A stretch of DNA of 58,516 nucleotides from Klebsormidium nitens (taxonomy: Eukaryota > Plantae > Klebsormidiophyceae), in contig DF237504.1 of the NCBI GenBank assembly GCA_000708835.1, positions 1-58,516 on the forward strand, given 5' to 3'. Of this stretch, positions 1-10,465 are shown piece by piece; within the stretch, counting starts at the first letter, position 1; every line of letters starts with the position of its first letter. The translations under genes and the position numbers were made by a program. The notes under the pieces were generated by a model, which saw only the letters and a list, made by a program, of their open reading frames with translations, had not been told where the DNA came from and searched no databases.

Positions 1-1929
1 GGGATTCCACCAAAGGTGTAACCTTTACACCACTTTCTCTCCGAGAAGTTTATCACCAGGCGCCTTCGCGCCTCTCCCATGCTCACCAGGAGTAAGAACG
101 TTTCAAAAGGGGTAAAAGCCCCGGTCAAGCAGCGCTCTTGTTTGAGTTGCAAGAAGCAAAAGACAGGCGGAATCTTCTTGCAACATACTATAATAGGAGG
201 CAAGGCAGACCAATTTGTGATAGGTGGACCTAGCGCTGCAGAGGGGTGCAAGACCCGCCACATGCAGCAGCACGTTCCGCACCGGTGGGTTTCTTTCGTA
301 GTTCTCGAATGGGCATGTGCAAAGGCAACCAGCTCGAGAAGGAGAAGACAGTAACTTGGATATGGGGACTCGTGGGATAGACCACATCGGTGTTTGTGAA
401 ATCTCTGCTTAGCCTGGGATTGTCGCACTGGGAAAACGCGAGTGCTTCTGGTGTTGGCGGGACTCAGGTCCGATCCAGGGATGCCATGGTGTTCCAAAAG
501 CAAAATCAGGATTGGAATTTTCAGACTAGAATTATAGCCACAAACTGCTCAGATTGGGGCTTGACTCTCTAAGGGCATGGGGGACTCATTGTAATGACTG
601 AAACGACCTCGTTGCATTGAACTCAAGATCTGCTCAGACTCGACTTTGGCAGATGTTGCCCAACAAAGAAGAAACTGCAGAAGAGGGTCAAGAACCGCCT
701 CAGAAGTGTCGCCTACCTCCATGAGGGCCGATATTTCAGCGGGGATGACCTCATGTCTCTGCTGCGCCAGCTCCTCAGCGTCAAGGTCGTTCAGAGTGGA
801 CGATTCGGAGCAGGGCAGAGATGAGGAGCTGGATGTACTCGTGCTGGACACGCTGCCAAGCTGTAGGCGCCTCATCCTGCAGGTCCATGCAAACTAACAG
901 TAAACTTCTGCAGCCTTCTTGAACAGATCTCAAAGGGTCAACCCTATCTGTCATGGGTGATTGCCTGCGACACAGACTAATGCATATTTGCACCCTCTTG
1001 CCCAGAATGAACTAGAATGAAGCGCGTCGACATGCGTTGCAGGCAACAGATGTCTCCCAAAAGGTATGTTAGCGACTCTCTCCAAACAGCTGCGATCCGC
1101 GCAAAGCAGACTTGACTGTGTGCTTAAACCTGCTTTGCTTGCTCGCACTTCCTTCAGAAACTCCGCTTTCAAGGCTTTGCTTCTTGTTACATATCATACT
1201 GGCAGCACGCAGGCTTACGCTTTGGCTTTTCCTGTGAACCTGTATGTCCCTCTCTGCCTCTGCTGCTGTCAACAGGACACCACTAAGATTTAAACGGCAA
1301 GGATCCACTCGTTCTAAAATACAAGGACAAGTTCCTTGTCCAGTTCCGCATTCCCGGACATCATATTTCTTGCGCGCTCCCTCACTCCAAAAATCTGTGC
1401 CCCTGTCCAACCAAGCTTAAAAGGGCACCAAGCATAGAATCGCATGTTCAAATCGCAGTTATATTTCTCACGATACTCACCTCTCCTTGACCTCCTGCCA
1501 CCCCTGGGCCGTTGCCTTCGCCCGCTCCTCTTGCACCAGCCACCCCACACTTTCACCTGCAGATCTGTGCGCCTCCATGTTCCTGCTGATTGCGCGGTTG
1601 ATGGCCTTCAGATCCCTGGCAATGGTCCTGTGGAATAAGAAGCGGTATGCGACTGACATCCTGTCAAACTTCTTCAGCAACTCCCTCGCCTGCTTTAGGT
1701 GTCCCTCTAGGGCTGCCAGCGGGCCAATCAAAGCGACCGAAATGTCGCCATTCATGGATAGCGAGCAGTATTTTTCCACAGGGCCCTGTAGGCTCTTTAT
1801 GGTGTCATACAGGTCCTTGAATCCCCGCTTCTAGACCCTCTTCGTTGCATCGATTCCCTCTTGACACTCGCAGATCAGGCTGATCACGCCAGGAATGAGG
1901 CCAAGAGGGGCCAGGGGGTTGATTTCCAT
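1..1929 (-). pseudogene. Intron-containing gene with a helical-bundle N-terminus (MLKL_NTD/RPW8-like, tentative), interrupted by an in-frame TAG; 3' part poorly resolved
   Basis: ATG at 1929 reads MEINPLAPLGLIPGVISLICECQEGIDATKRV*KRGFKDLYDTIKSLQGPVEKY..., in frame with ORF 1477-1779 (ALEGHLKQARELLKKFDRMSVAYRFLFHRTIARDLKAINRAI); TAG at 1833-1831. Candidate donors at 1556 and 1480, further exon-like segments at ~875-549 and ~387-103. The domain call rests on pattern resemblance only. Confidence 0.4.
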
Positions 1930-3292
1930 CTTTCTTCTTGGCGTTGAGTAGAGGGAGTCACGGCAATTCCTCTTGTGTCTCTATGAAGTGCTAGCAAACT
2001 CTGCGGGAAAATGCTGCTGAAGAAAGTAGAGGTGCTGGGCTAAAGTCGACCCTAAAGCATAACAGTCCGCAAGTCAGATCATGACTGATATCTAGATTCT
2101 AGATAGGATGTGCGCACTCTTGCCATTGGCCCGGTGCGCCAGTTTTCTATGGAAACAAATGTGGGCACCCAAGTAAAACGGTACTACTATCCGCCTGTCC
2201 ACCACCATGGTTGCGGCGCTAAAGCCTATTTTAAGGGACAGTATCCCCAGGAAGGAAGTTGCCACACAATCAGTCCGAGTCAAGCTGTAGTGCCCCGGGA
2301 CCGCCACCCTGGCGGACAACACCATCAAGTACCTACCGTACTACTGGCATCCTACGCGAGCGCGGGGCAACCGCGAAGCCTCGCCGCGAGCCCACGCGCG
2401 CGTAATACTCGGCGGTAGCAGGCGGTACCGTGCGGCGGTACCTCCGCGAGCCTGCGAGCGGGTACCGGGTACCGGGCAGCCACGCAGGACCCGCGTTTAC
2501 CGGGACGGTGGGCCTGCGAAGCTGTGGCGGACGTGGAGCTCACCGGGACTCGGCGACGGGCTCGAAGAGCCTCGTACCGTTAGATCTGCATTAGTCAATA
2601 ATGACCGGTCGCGAGGTACCGTAGCGGTACACTCTGCTTGGCTACTTAGGTGGTGTTCCGCGTTCTACGCGATTTAGGTCTCTCGCGAATCGTAGCGAAA
2701 CAGAGGACTCAGTACTGTGCACTAGATCTTGAGTCTGCACTGTAGTCTTAGTAGTCTACGCGAGTAACTCAGTGACTTGGAGTAGCGCAGACGGGGCGCA
2801 GACTAACTATTAGACTCAGCGTAGCCTATAGCATCCGAGCCCCATCCGAGGCTCGTATATGACATGCTCGATGCTCGAACGATGACTCTCATTCCAAATG
2901 CACCTTCTTGGAATCACGGCGCTTGCCTTTTCTGTGTGCCGGCTACCTTAGACGCTTGTCGCGTAGCCCTTTCTTTATCGTTCTGCTGGTCTTCATGCCA
3001 GCCCCGCATTAGCTTATGCTCAGTATGCTACTTCCACCGAGGGGCCACCGAGAGACCGAGGCCCCCTCGCAACGCCTTAAGTCGCGAACCAACGTACCTA
3101 CGGGAGAACCTTCGTGCGGGCTGCCACCAACTGAGCTTGACACGCTGCTCAAGCTCCACCTACGGGACTCTGCACATGTTGCACGCCCGCAGTTGTTATC
3201 GGTGAGCATACGCAAGTTGTATCTAATTGAATGATGCTTGTTGGCTGGGGTGGTATGGGACACTCCCCTGCATGATACTTCTCGGTAGTATT

Positions 3293-4177
3293 GGGTGGTA
3301 GCACGGTTAGGTCGGCCAGAATCTGTTTTCAGAAAAGAAGCTGAAGTTTGAACCACCATAGCTCGAGCAATACTTTGCCAAAAGTAGTGATCTAAAGTTC
3401 TAAAGTGTTCTACGAGGATCGAACTTGCGATATCCCGGGTCGGACTTGGCCGCTGATGACGTCAGCCCCGGGCGCTGCTAATACTGCCCGGTTGGTCCGT
3501 TTCCAGAGCGGATTTTTCTGGAGATACCTGCGCTTATATGCTAATAACTTTCTCGTTACTTGGCCGTTTTCCCCGAACTTGGGCTTTTTATGGAGGTTAT
3601 GACTTGTTATATTCGGTTGACCCCTTCCAAAGAAAGTTCATCGACAAAATCATAGAAAACGTCAAATCAAAGTTGGACTTGTGGCATTTTAGAATGCAGT
3701 TTAGGGCCATCCCCACCATAACCGGGCAAAACCTGATTTGACCAATGTTAGATGTTGAACGTATCCCCAAATGGTGCCCCTATTGGCTCAATCCTCAGAT
3801 TTTGAAAATTCTCAAAATTCCGTGAGTTATCGGGGTGAACCTAAGCGCCATTTCCATTGCAGTTATTGAAGTGAGGTTTGGGTCGACCAAGACCCTTTGA
3901 ACATCAAATCCGAGCAGCTAGCCAAATCGGCCTGGTTATGAGCAATTTATAGAGCCCTCATATGCAATTTTTGAAGTTGTCTCGGCCAAGTTATGAAGAT
4001 GGCCCTTCGTGAAAACGTCCATATTTCACCGCGCACAGTGAGAATCGCCAAATTTAAATCAATTTTACGGTAAAATCGCCCGTAGAGCGACCGTAGAAAA
4101 TTGGTATCGAAGTTCCGAAATCGAATCGCCGAGTCCCGGATCGCCGAAAAATGGCCGACCTAACCGTGCTACCACCC
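3293..4177. mobile_element. Non-autonomous DNA transposon (MITE-like, 885 bp) with perfect 26-bp TIRs and a 4-bp TSD
   Basis: GGGTGGTAGCACGGTTAGGTCGGCCA (3293-3318) is the exact reverse complement of 4152-4177; TATT flanks both sides (3289-3292, 4178-4181); no long internal ORF. Confidence 0.9.
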
Positions 4178-4420
4178 TATTATGCGAGTATTATGCTTGC
4201 CAGGCCACACTCCACGCGACCTCCACGCTATTATTCCGCTGCCTGCTCTCGTGACATAGCGTGCCAGTAGCTTATGATATCTTCTGGGTTACCCAGTGGC
4301 AGTTATCTCGCGTTAGTATAACTCTGGTACCATACGATAGCGGGTCGCTAGCAGAGGGTCTCGGGTTTGCCTGCTAGTGGTCTCGGCGTATTGGTGGTCT
4401 CTCTGGTATCTCTGGTGTCA

Positions 4421-4451
4421 TNNNNNNNNNNNNNNNNNNNNGGTATCAGAG
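4421..4451 (+). other. tRNA-iMet-type primer-binding site split by a 20-N assembly gap (4422-4441)
   Basis: T at 4421 plus GGTATCAGAG at 4442-4451 after an LTR-like ...TCA end. Confidence 0.55.
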
Positions 4452-6419
4452 GCCGGGTTTTACGGGATCCTTTTGAGAGAGTACGATGGCAGGGTTAAAA
4501 TGGGAATCCCCGTATTGGCATACGGGAGCCGTCCCCTCGTTTCTTCCTGTGGCGGCACCACCCAGAAGCGAAGATGACCCGGGACCAGCGTTTTCAACCA
4601 ATGCCTACATCTACGGGACCACCACGATGGCGATCAACGTGGAGGGTGGCGCGGCACCGGCGTTTTCGGCCGCTAGGACAACATCATCATGGCGCTGGCC
4701 AGCCGGTACCAGCCAGCATTCCCCATGGTGGCCGCGCCTTGGGCTCCAGCAACTTCTGCTGCAAGCTACCAGCCGCTGACCACTACACACGCGAGTTTTG
4801 GAGCTGCCTACCATCCGCTGGCAGCCCCTGCAGCGTTTTCGGCGGCTCCCTACTATCCGCTGGCGGCCCCAGCACCGTTTTTGGCGGGCCCCTCTTACCC
4901 GCTGACGACCTCTGGAGGGCCATTATATCGCGACTTCCTACCATCCGCTGACGACCATGCCGGCGACTTTCGAGATCCAGTAGAGTCCCGCCGGCGGCAC
5001 CAAGAGCGCTTCACGAGAGTCGTCTTGCTGGCGTGCCTCCCCCAGGACTTCATTTCGAGAGCCCTCCTTCTGGCGAGTGGACCCGAGGAGCTCGCGTTCT
5101 CGCCCCCGGAGAGCCCTATGGCCCTACGATGGTCGCTCTGCTGGCGAACGGCGTCCCGACTTCCTCGCGACTTCCGTTCACCCACCTGGCGCTCATCTCG
5201 GCGGCCCTCCTGCTGGCGAGCGCATCTCAGGAGCTCGCGTTCTCGCCCCCGGAGAGCCCTACGTGACTCGTCACTCTGCTGGAGAACGGCGTCTCGAATT
5301 CCTTGCGACTTCCGTTCACCCATCTGGCGCTCATCTCGGCGGGAGTTCATCCCTGCAGCCTCTTACCTAAGCGGGGCCCCAATTCCCAGGAGCTGCAGGA
5401 GACTGAGAGTGGACAAAGGCCTCCACAGGACGAAGAAGGCAAATTTCACCAGAATATGATCTGATGACGGTCTGCTCGCTGCTTGCAAGTTCTCCACCCT
5501 AGTTGCTGGTGATCAGCCAGGAAAGCATCTAGGCTATCCTGGTCATTTTTCCCCTAAAGGCATCAAGCAGACAAGCCGGAACATGCGCAATATTACAATA
5601 CTGACTCTCAATGTCAGTGTGTGAAGCAGAGCTTAACCCAGGTATTAATGCAGAAATGTATCTTGAACAAAAGCAGTCACGTAGACGAGGACTGTGTCAA
5701 AGGGGTGCTCTAGAACACGCGTGTAAAGCAACGTGGGCCCAGGAGGGCAACAAAAGTTTGGACAGCCTTCACGAACAGAAGGAGGTCAACGAACAAACAG
5801 ACAGGCTCTGCCATGGTGTTAGCCGTCGTCTCAGCTGCCAAATTAGACAACTCCAATCTGTACAGGAAACCAGCTTGATGAGGGCTCGCGTGCGAACAGA
5901 ACGTCAAGCTTTGGCTTGAGCTGTGGCTTTAACATCCTCACTTGGACTCGGAGCGGTGAAAGCCAAGGCCGCGTTTGTTCAAGAGGGGGAGGACGCCACT
6001 GTCCCACTGTACATGTTGACATGTGACTGTGTGACTCACGACGTTGAATAATTTCGTTACGCGAACTGAGTAAGCCCGGCGAGCTTGCATGGTACCTCAG
6101 GCTACACCGTACTGTCTTAAGGGATCCCTCCACGAAATCCGGCTAAACCCTGGGTAGGCCGCCTCGGCCCTGCCTGATGGAAGGCGGCCGCGGCACGCAC
6201 GAGCGGGCCCGGTCTACTCAGGCGTCAGAACGAACAAAATCTGCTCGGTGGTCTAAGTGAGGAGTTTGAAATGTACCTATCATGTATGTAAGCTGAGACT
6301 GATTTTGTCACTTGTACTTTTATGTTAACCAACTGCGAATAGAATGTTGGCAAGCATGCGAAGGAATCGATGGTGTACGGTAGATTGGAAATATAGGCCA
6401 TCTTTCCTTGTGTTTTCAG

Positions 6420-8739
6420 GGCATTTGATCAAGCAGGACTCAAACTAGTAGGAAGAGGCCCCACAGTTGCACAACGGCGAGATGGCCGCTGAGAAGGTCG
6501 ACGAAGAGGTGATTTGGAAAAGATATATCGCTCTTGAAGTCTGGCCTGAAAGTGTCAAATGCACAGGAGCTGGATGCTTGGAAATATTGTAGCTGAGATT
6601 CCATCTTGTCAAGCGAGCATCTGGTTGCCCGTTGTGAGCCTACTTGCAGCCATTTGAAAGGCCTGCTTTTCCGTCAAGCATCAAGGTGTCAGAACTACTT
6701 TGCTTGTAAGTTTTCTGGTAACGAACGCGAAGACCCTTCTTTATTCACAAAGGTCGCCGCCAGAAATAAGATTCAGCTTTAAACAGTGTCTACCCCACCC
6801 GAAATGGTGTGTGGAACCCTGCGCTTGAAGGCCAGTTTCAAATATTGCAGCTCTATTTTGCATTTTGTTGTTCCCGATGTTACTTCGCAGAGGGGGACTC
6901 CTCCGTCGGGTGAAGGGGAGCGGCCGTACTTGACCAAAGAGGAGGTGGAGGCTCTTGGACCGAAGGGCCTTGAGGGGCAGCAGGCATGGTAAGTGGACCG
7001 GAGCGGCTGACGTCAATCTCCTTGTAGCCCCTCAGCACTCTGAGGTCAGCACTTCTGGCATCAAACTCAAGGAGAATACTGATAAGCCAAGATAATGATA
7101 TGAAGATAACTGCACTGGGCCGGGCAGGTTTAGTTAGGTGATTTGGCCGGGCATGGGTGCGGAGCAGCTCGGAGCAGCTATCTTTTTGGGTTGGGGGTTT
7201 TAGTGTTAGTCGGAGCTTATCTTTACCTGGGTTTGTTATCATTTTTCTTGCGTTTCATATAAGAACTGGCATGGCGGCCATGCCTCGCCTTGCATCCTCC
7301 ACAAAGACTCTGCGTTCCATCGGGTTGGCTGCTCATAGGCGCTTCGGTTGCAAGCTCCGTCAGCAGATGTAAAGATCAGTACGATCTGCTGGAACCCATC
7401 TTGCACTTCTGTTCTCTCTTAGCCTGATGTTCTGAACCTCGTCCGTAGGTTCTGGGAGTCGTTTGGATGGCCTGTCGTCTTTCTCATTCGATTTCTTTAG
7501 TGGATTGACCACAGCTTGGGCCGGCCCATATGCAATAAGCATCCCCATCTCATTTGCACTCCCGGTTGAGAGGAAGCTATTTGGAGAGACTCTCATCTCC
7601 GACTTCAAAGACTCGAGTTATTTTGATTGCATGTATTCATCCACTCTTCTTGGACATTTATTGATTTAGGGGGTTATCGAAGTAACAGCTCCTCTTGCGA
7701 GCTCAGTATTCAAAAAAAGATAAGGAAAGGAAAAGAATGAATAAGCGACCGCCAAGAGGCGAATATACTACTTTTTTCTTGCTTTTAGGGTCTACATCAC
7801 GCCCACCGGCACAACGCTGACGGTGGACGCAGGGAAACGGATTGTCGACTACGAAGAACTGAGGGAACACCAGTGTCGCATCATCGTAGCTGATCTGCCT
7901 CCGAGTTCTCCCATCATCTTTTTGATGAATCCGACCATAACTTACTTCAAAGGGAACCGGAGGTACCGGGTTTACAGACGGGGTAAGTGCCAATCTCTAG
8001 CAGCAAGTTAGGAATCGAGTTAGGGATCCCGAACTACTCTGAACCGAGGTTTGTTGCCCTAAGGCTGAAGTTTAGAAGATAACCCTGAAAATCTACAGTC
8101 ATAACCGATAAACCCACCGTTATACACTTCTGAGAAGTGCTGCTGGGTTCCTGACAGCTTCTTGCAACGGTCGGAAATCCAGGATTATTTTTACTTGATG
8201 ATATGCCAATCTGTGGAAACTGTTCGAACCGCAAGACCAGCAAGCAGAAAGTATTTGTGTAGCTAGAAGGGGGCGCACCGCCCTCGAAGTAAGCCATCAA
8301 CTATGGTCGGCGTCAAATGACAGACTGGCGGATCGTTTCACGTACTTGTTACGCCCGGAGCCTCGGCGATTCGTCTGCACTGCCCACTGCCTGACGAAGT
8401 AGAGTACGCAGATAACACAAAAGTTGGTGTGCCCTTTCATTCGCAGCTTCTTTGTTAGGAGACGGGAAGGGGGAAGAACATTCCAAGTTACACGTACTAT
8501 TGCGGTGTTAGCTCTCCACGGCTGAGACAGTCGTGGTATTGGCGCGGGGGAATCACGAACCAGAGAACCTGGCTGACTTACCCGGCACGGTCTCTCGTTT
8601 TGCAAATCTTCTCCCTGCAGCGTTTCAGTGTTTAGTTCCACCAGGTCAACCACTGATTGGCTTTCTGCCCTTGTCTGCTGCAGGAGAAATGAGCGATTGG
8701 CAGTACTTTGAAATGGGCGCTATCAAACTCTGGAACAGG
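6420..8739 (+). pseudogene. Multi-exon pseudogene of unknown function
   Basis: AG/GT-bounded exon-like segments with protein-like frames: 6420-~6509 (HLIKQDSN**EEAPQLHNGEMAAEKVDEE), 7423- (PDVLNLVRRFWESFGWPVVFLIRFL*WIDH), 7789-7982 (VYITPTGTTLTVDAGKRIVDYEELREHQCRIIVADLPPSSPIIFLMNP...), ~8447- (LLGDGKGEEHSKLHVLLRC*LSTAETVVVLARGNHE). In-frame TAG at 6446, 6449, 7498, 8509. Confidence 0.5.
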
Positions 8740-9698
8740 GTGCGCCCGAAATGGGGCAAAGAAGCATGATTCTGTCTTGCATGTGTGTGCAGATCGTTTG
8801 TTCCTTTTCCTAAATTGTTGCAATAGCTGCGACTAAATGTGTATGATATGCCTCTTCGTGGACTGGGCACGTCAAAACTCGTAAGCGCTATTTGGAGTAG
8901 TAGACCGTCTGCATCGGCTTTGAACAGTCTTGATCATACCACTTTCAGGTGTGTGTAATGGGGTGCTAAACATGCAAACGCTCGGACAACCAAGATCGGG
9001 AGAACCTCAGTTCCGTCTTCATCAGACACTCTCAAACATGCGCAATCTGTTGCGAGTCCCAAAGCCGTCAACCATGCATGATGTCACTTGATCAAGTTCG
9101 ATAGATATACAACACCGCAGACATCATCGAATTGAACGCCGGGATCACCAGTTAATACTTGATTCAAGATAGTCGGATGCATTCCAGGCCGGGGTGTACG
9201 TGTCCATCAATTGTACTTACCACGCGACAGTAGCTTGAATTCAATGTTGAATGATTCAGTAAGTCGAGCTAGTTTTACAAGCAGAGAGGCTCTATCAAAT
9301 TGGCCGCCAATACGACTACTCGTCTAATCTGCAGCTTTTGTATACAGAAAATACGCTGCTGCGGATACATTCTACAGCACGATTAGCTTTGTCGTAATGG
9401 TAGTGTACAGCGTTTGTTTTTCCGACTCATCACGTCTGCTCTCCTGTGCTTGCGGGATGTGTTATTTCGAGTCAAGCCTATCTGTAGCTGTCGTGTAAAA
9501 TACACGCGGTCCAATGTTCTGTGATGTGGTCGCCATATCGCAATATCTGTGCCGCTAAGTTCACAACAATATCGTCCCTCTAATGGTAACTACTACAATT
9601 GCGCTTGCGAACAATCTTTCCGCCATCAGTAACTTCCTTGCAAAAATCTCTCCCGCACCCCCCAAACCTCATCCTCGGACACGTGGCTTGATTTCGTT

Positions 9699-9989
9699 TC
9701 ATCCGAACAATCGCGCGCGCTTCTCGAGGCCGATCACCCGGCCAGCCTGCTTGGCCAACATACCGACCATCCCTTTCGCGTCGTCCAGAACCATGTTGGA
9801 AGTAACTTTCGCTAACACCCCGCACTGCTGCAGCGTTATATACGTCAGCCCGACGCCTGTCTTGACGGCCGCTTTCCCCAGAATACCGCCCACTAGCAAC
9901 AGCTGGATCACCGGGTGGGGGGGGGGCTGTGCGGGCCGCGCTTGGATGGCGGCGCGTCCCCGAGCCGGGCCCGGATCGCTGTCAGGTGC
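9699..9989 (-). CDS. Terminal exon of the large acidic repeat protein (hydrophobic/amphipathic C-terminus)
   Basis: TTTCAAGCAG acceptor at 9992-9990, phase 0 matching the donor at 10465; encodes APDSDPG...PVIQLLLVGGILGKAAVKTGVGLTYITLQQCGVLAK...RLFG*. Confidence 0.7.
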   Translation of the reverse strand, partial: APDSDPGPARGRAAIQARPAQPPPHPVIQLLLVGGILGKAAVKTGVGLTYITLQQCGVLAKVTSNMVLDDAKGMVGMLAKQAGRVIGLEKRARLFG

Positions 9990-10465
9990 CTGCTTGAAAC
10001 GAAGACGAGGCGACTCAACATAAAGCGATGTATATTCAGAATGGGTTCCGCTGGACAACTCGGTGGGCCAGAGATCGTCCTTTTGCTCGGTATTAAGAGG
10101 AGGCTTCAGAAAGCAGACTGTCTCCAGACGAGCGAGTCTCAGAAGACCATTCCTCTGTCGGACGGTTCAACATAGACGCACTCCTCCGAAAGTAGGCACC
10201 TTTGCTCCACAAGATTCCTGCCCCTTACAAGTTTCATTATTGAGTTTGGCAAATGTTGCTTCTCGCACTCCTCGTCACAAGTCGAACATCTTCGATCTTT
10301 CGCTTCCCTCCCTTTTAGGTAAACAATCCGGAAATGAGACATTCTCAAGGGAGCCAGGGGATAGATGTGAGCACATGGACAGGAAGCGACAGGGCTTGGA
10401 AGAAGACGTAGGTTAATCAGACCGAGAAAAAGAAACCTTAACTCAGAAAACGAAGGAAAGCTTAC

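Larger units (their letters stand above)
2286..5459 (+). mobile_element. Degenerate LTR retrotransposon 5' fragment (LTR + PBS + gag-like region), probably Ty3/gypsy
   Basis: LTR-like start TGTAGTGCCCCG at 2286; ...GGTGTCA at 4420 followed by T[gap]GGTATCAGAG, matching a tRNA-iMet primer-binding site; downstream Pro/Ala-rich frameshifted ORFs (4486-4779, 4689-5459) with internal repeats. No RT or integrase motif recognised; the LTR start is uncertain. Confidence 0.5.

Noticed and set aside
5500-6240. Retroelement pol fragment on the minus strand
   Set aside because: Short broken frames with no recognisable protease, RT, RNase H or integrase motif.
1831-8511. TAG-to-Gln stop codon reassignment explaining the in-frame TAGs
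   Set aside because: ABCD2 (44828-44830) and PTP1 (56499-56501) terminate at TAG at the expected C-termini, and the four conserved genes contain no internal TAG/TAA.
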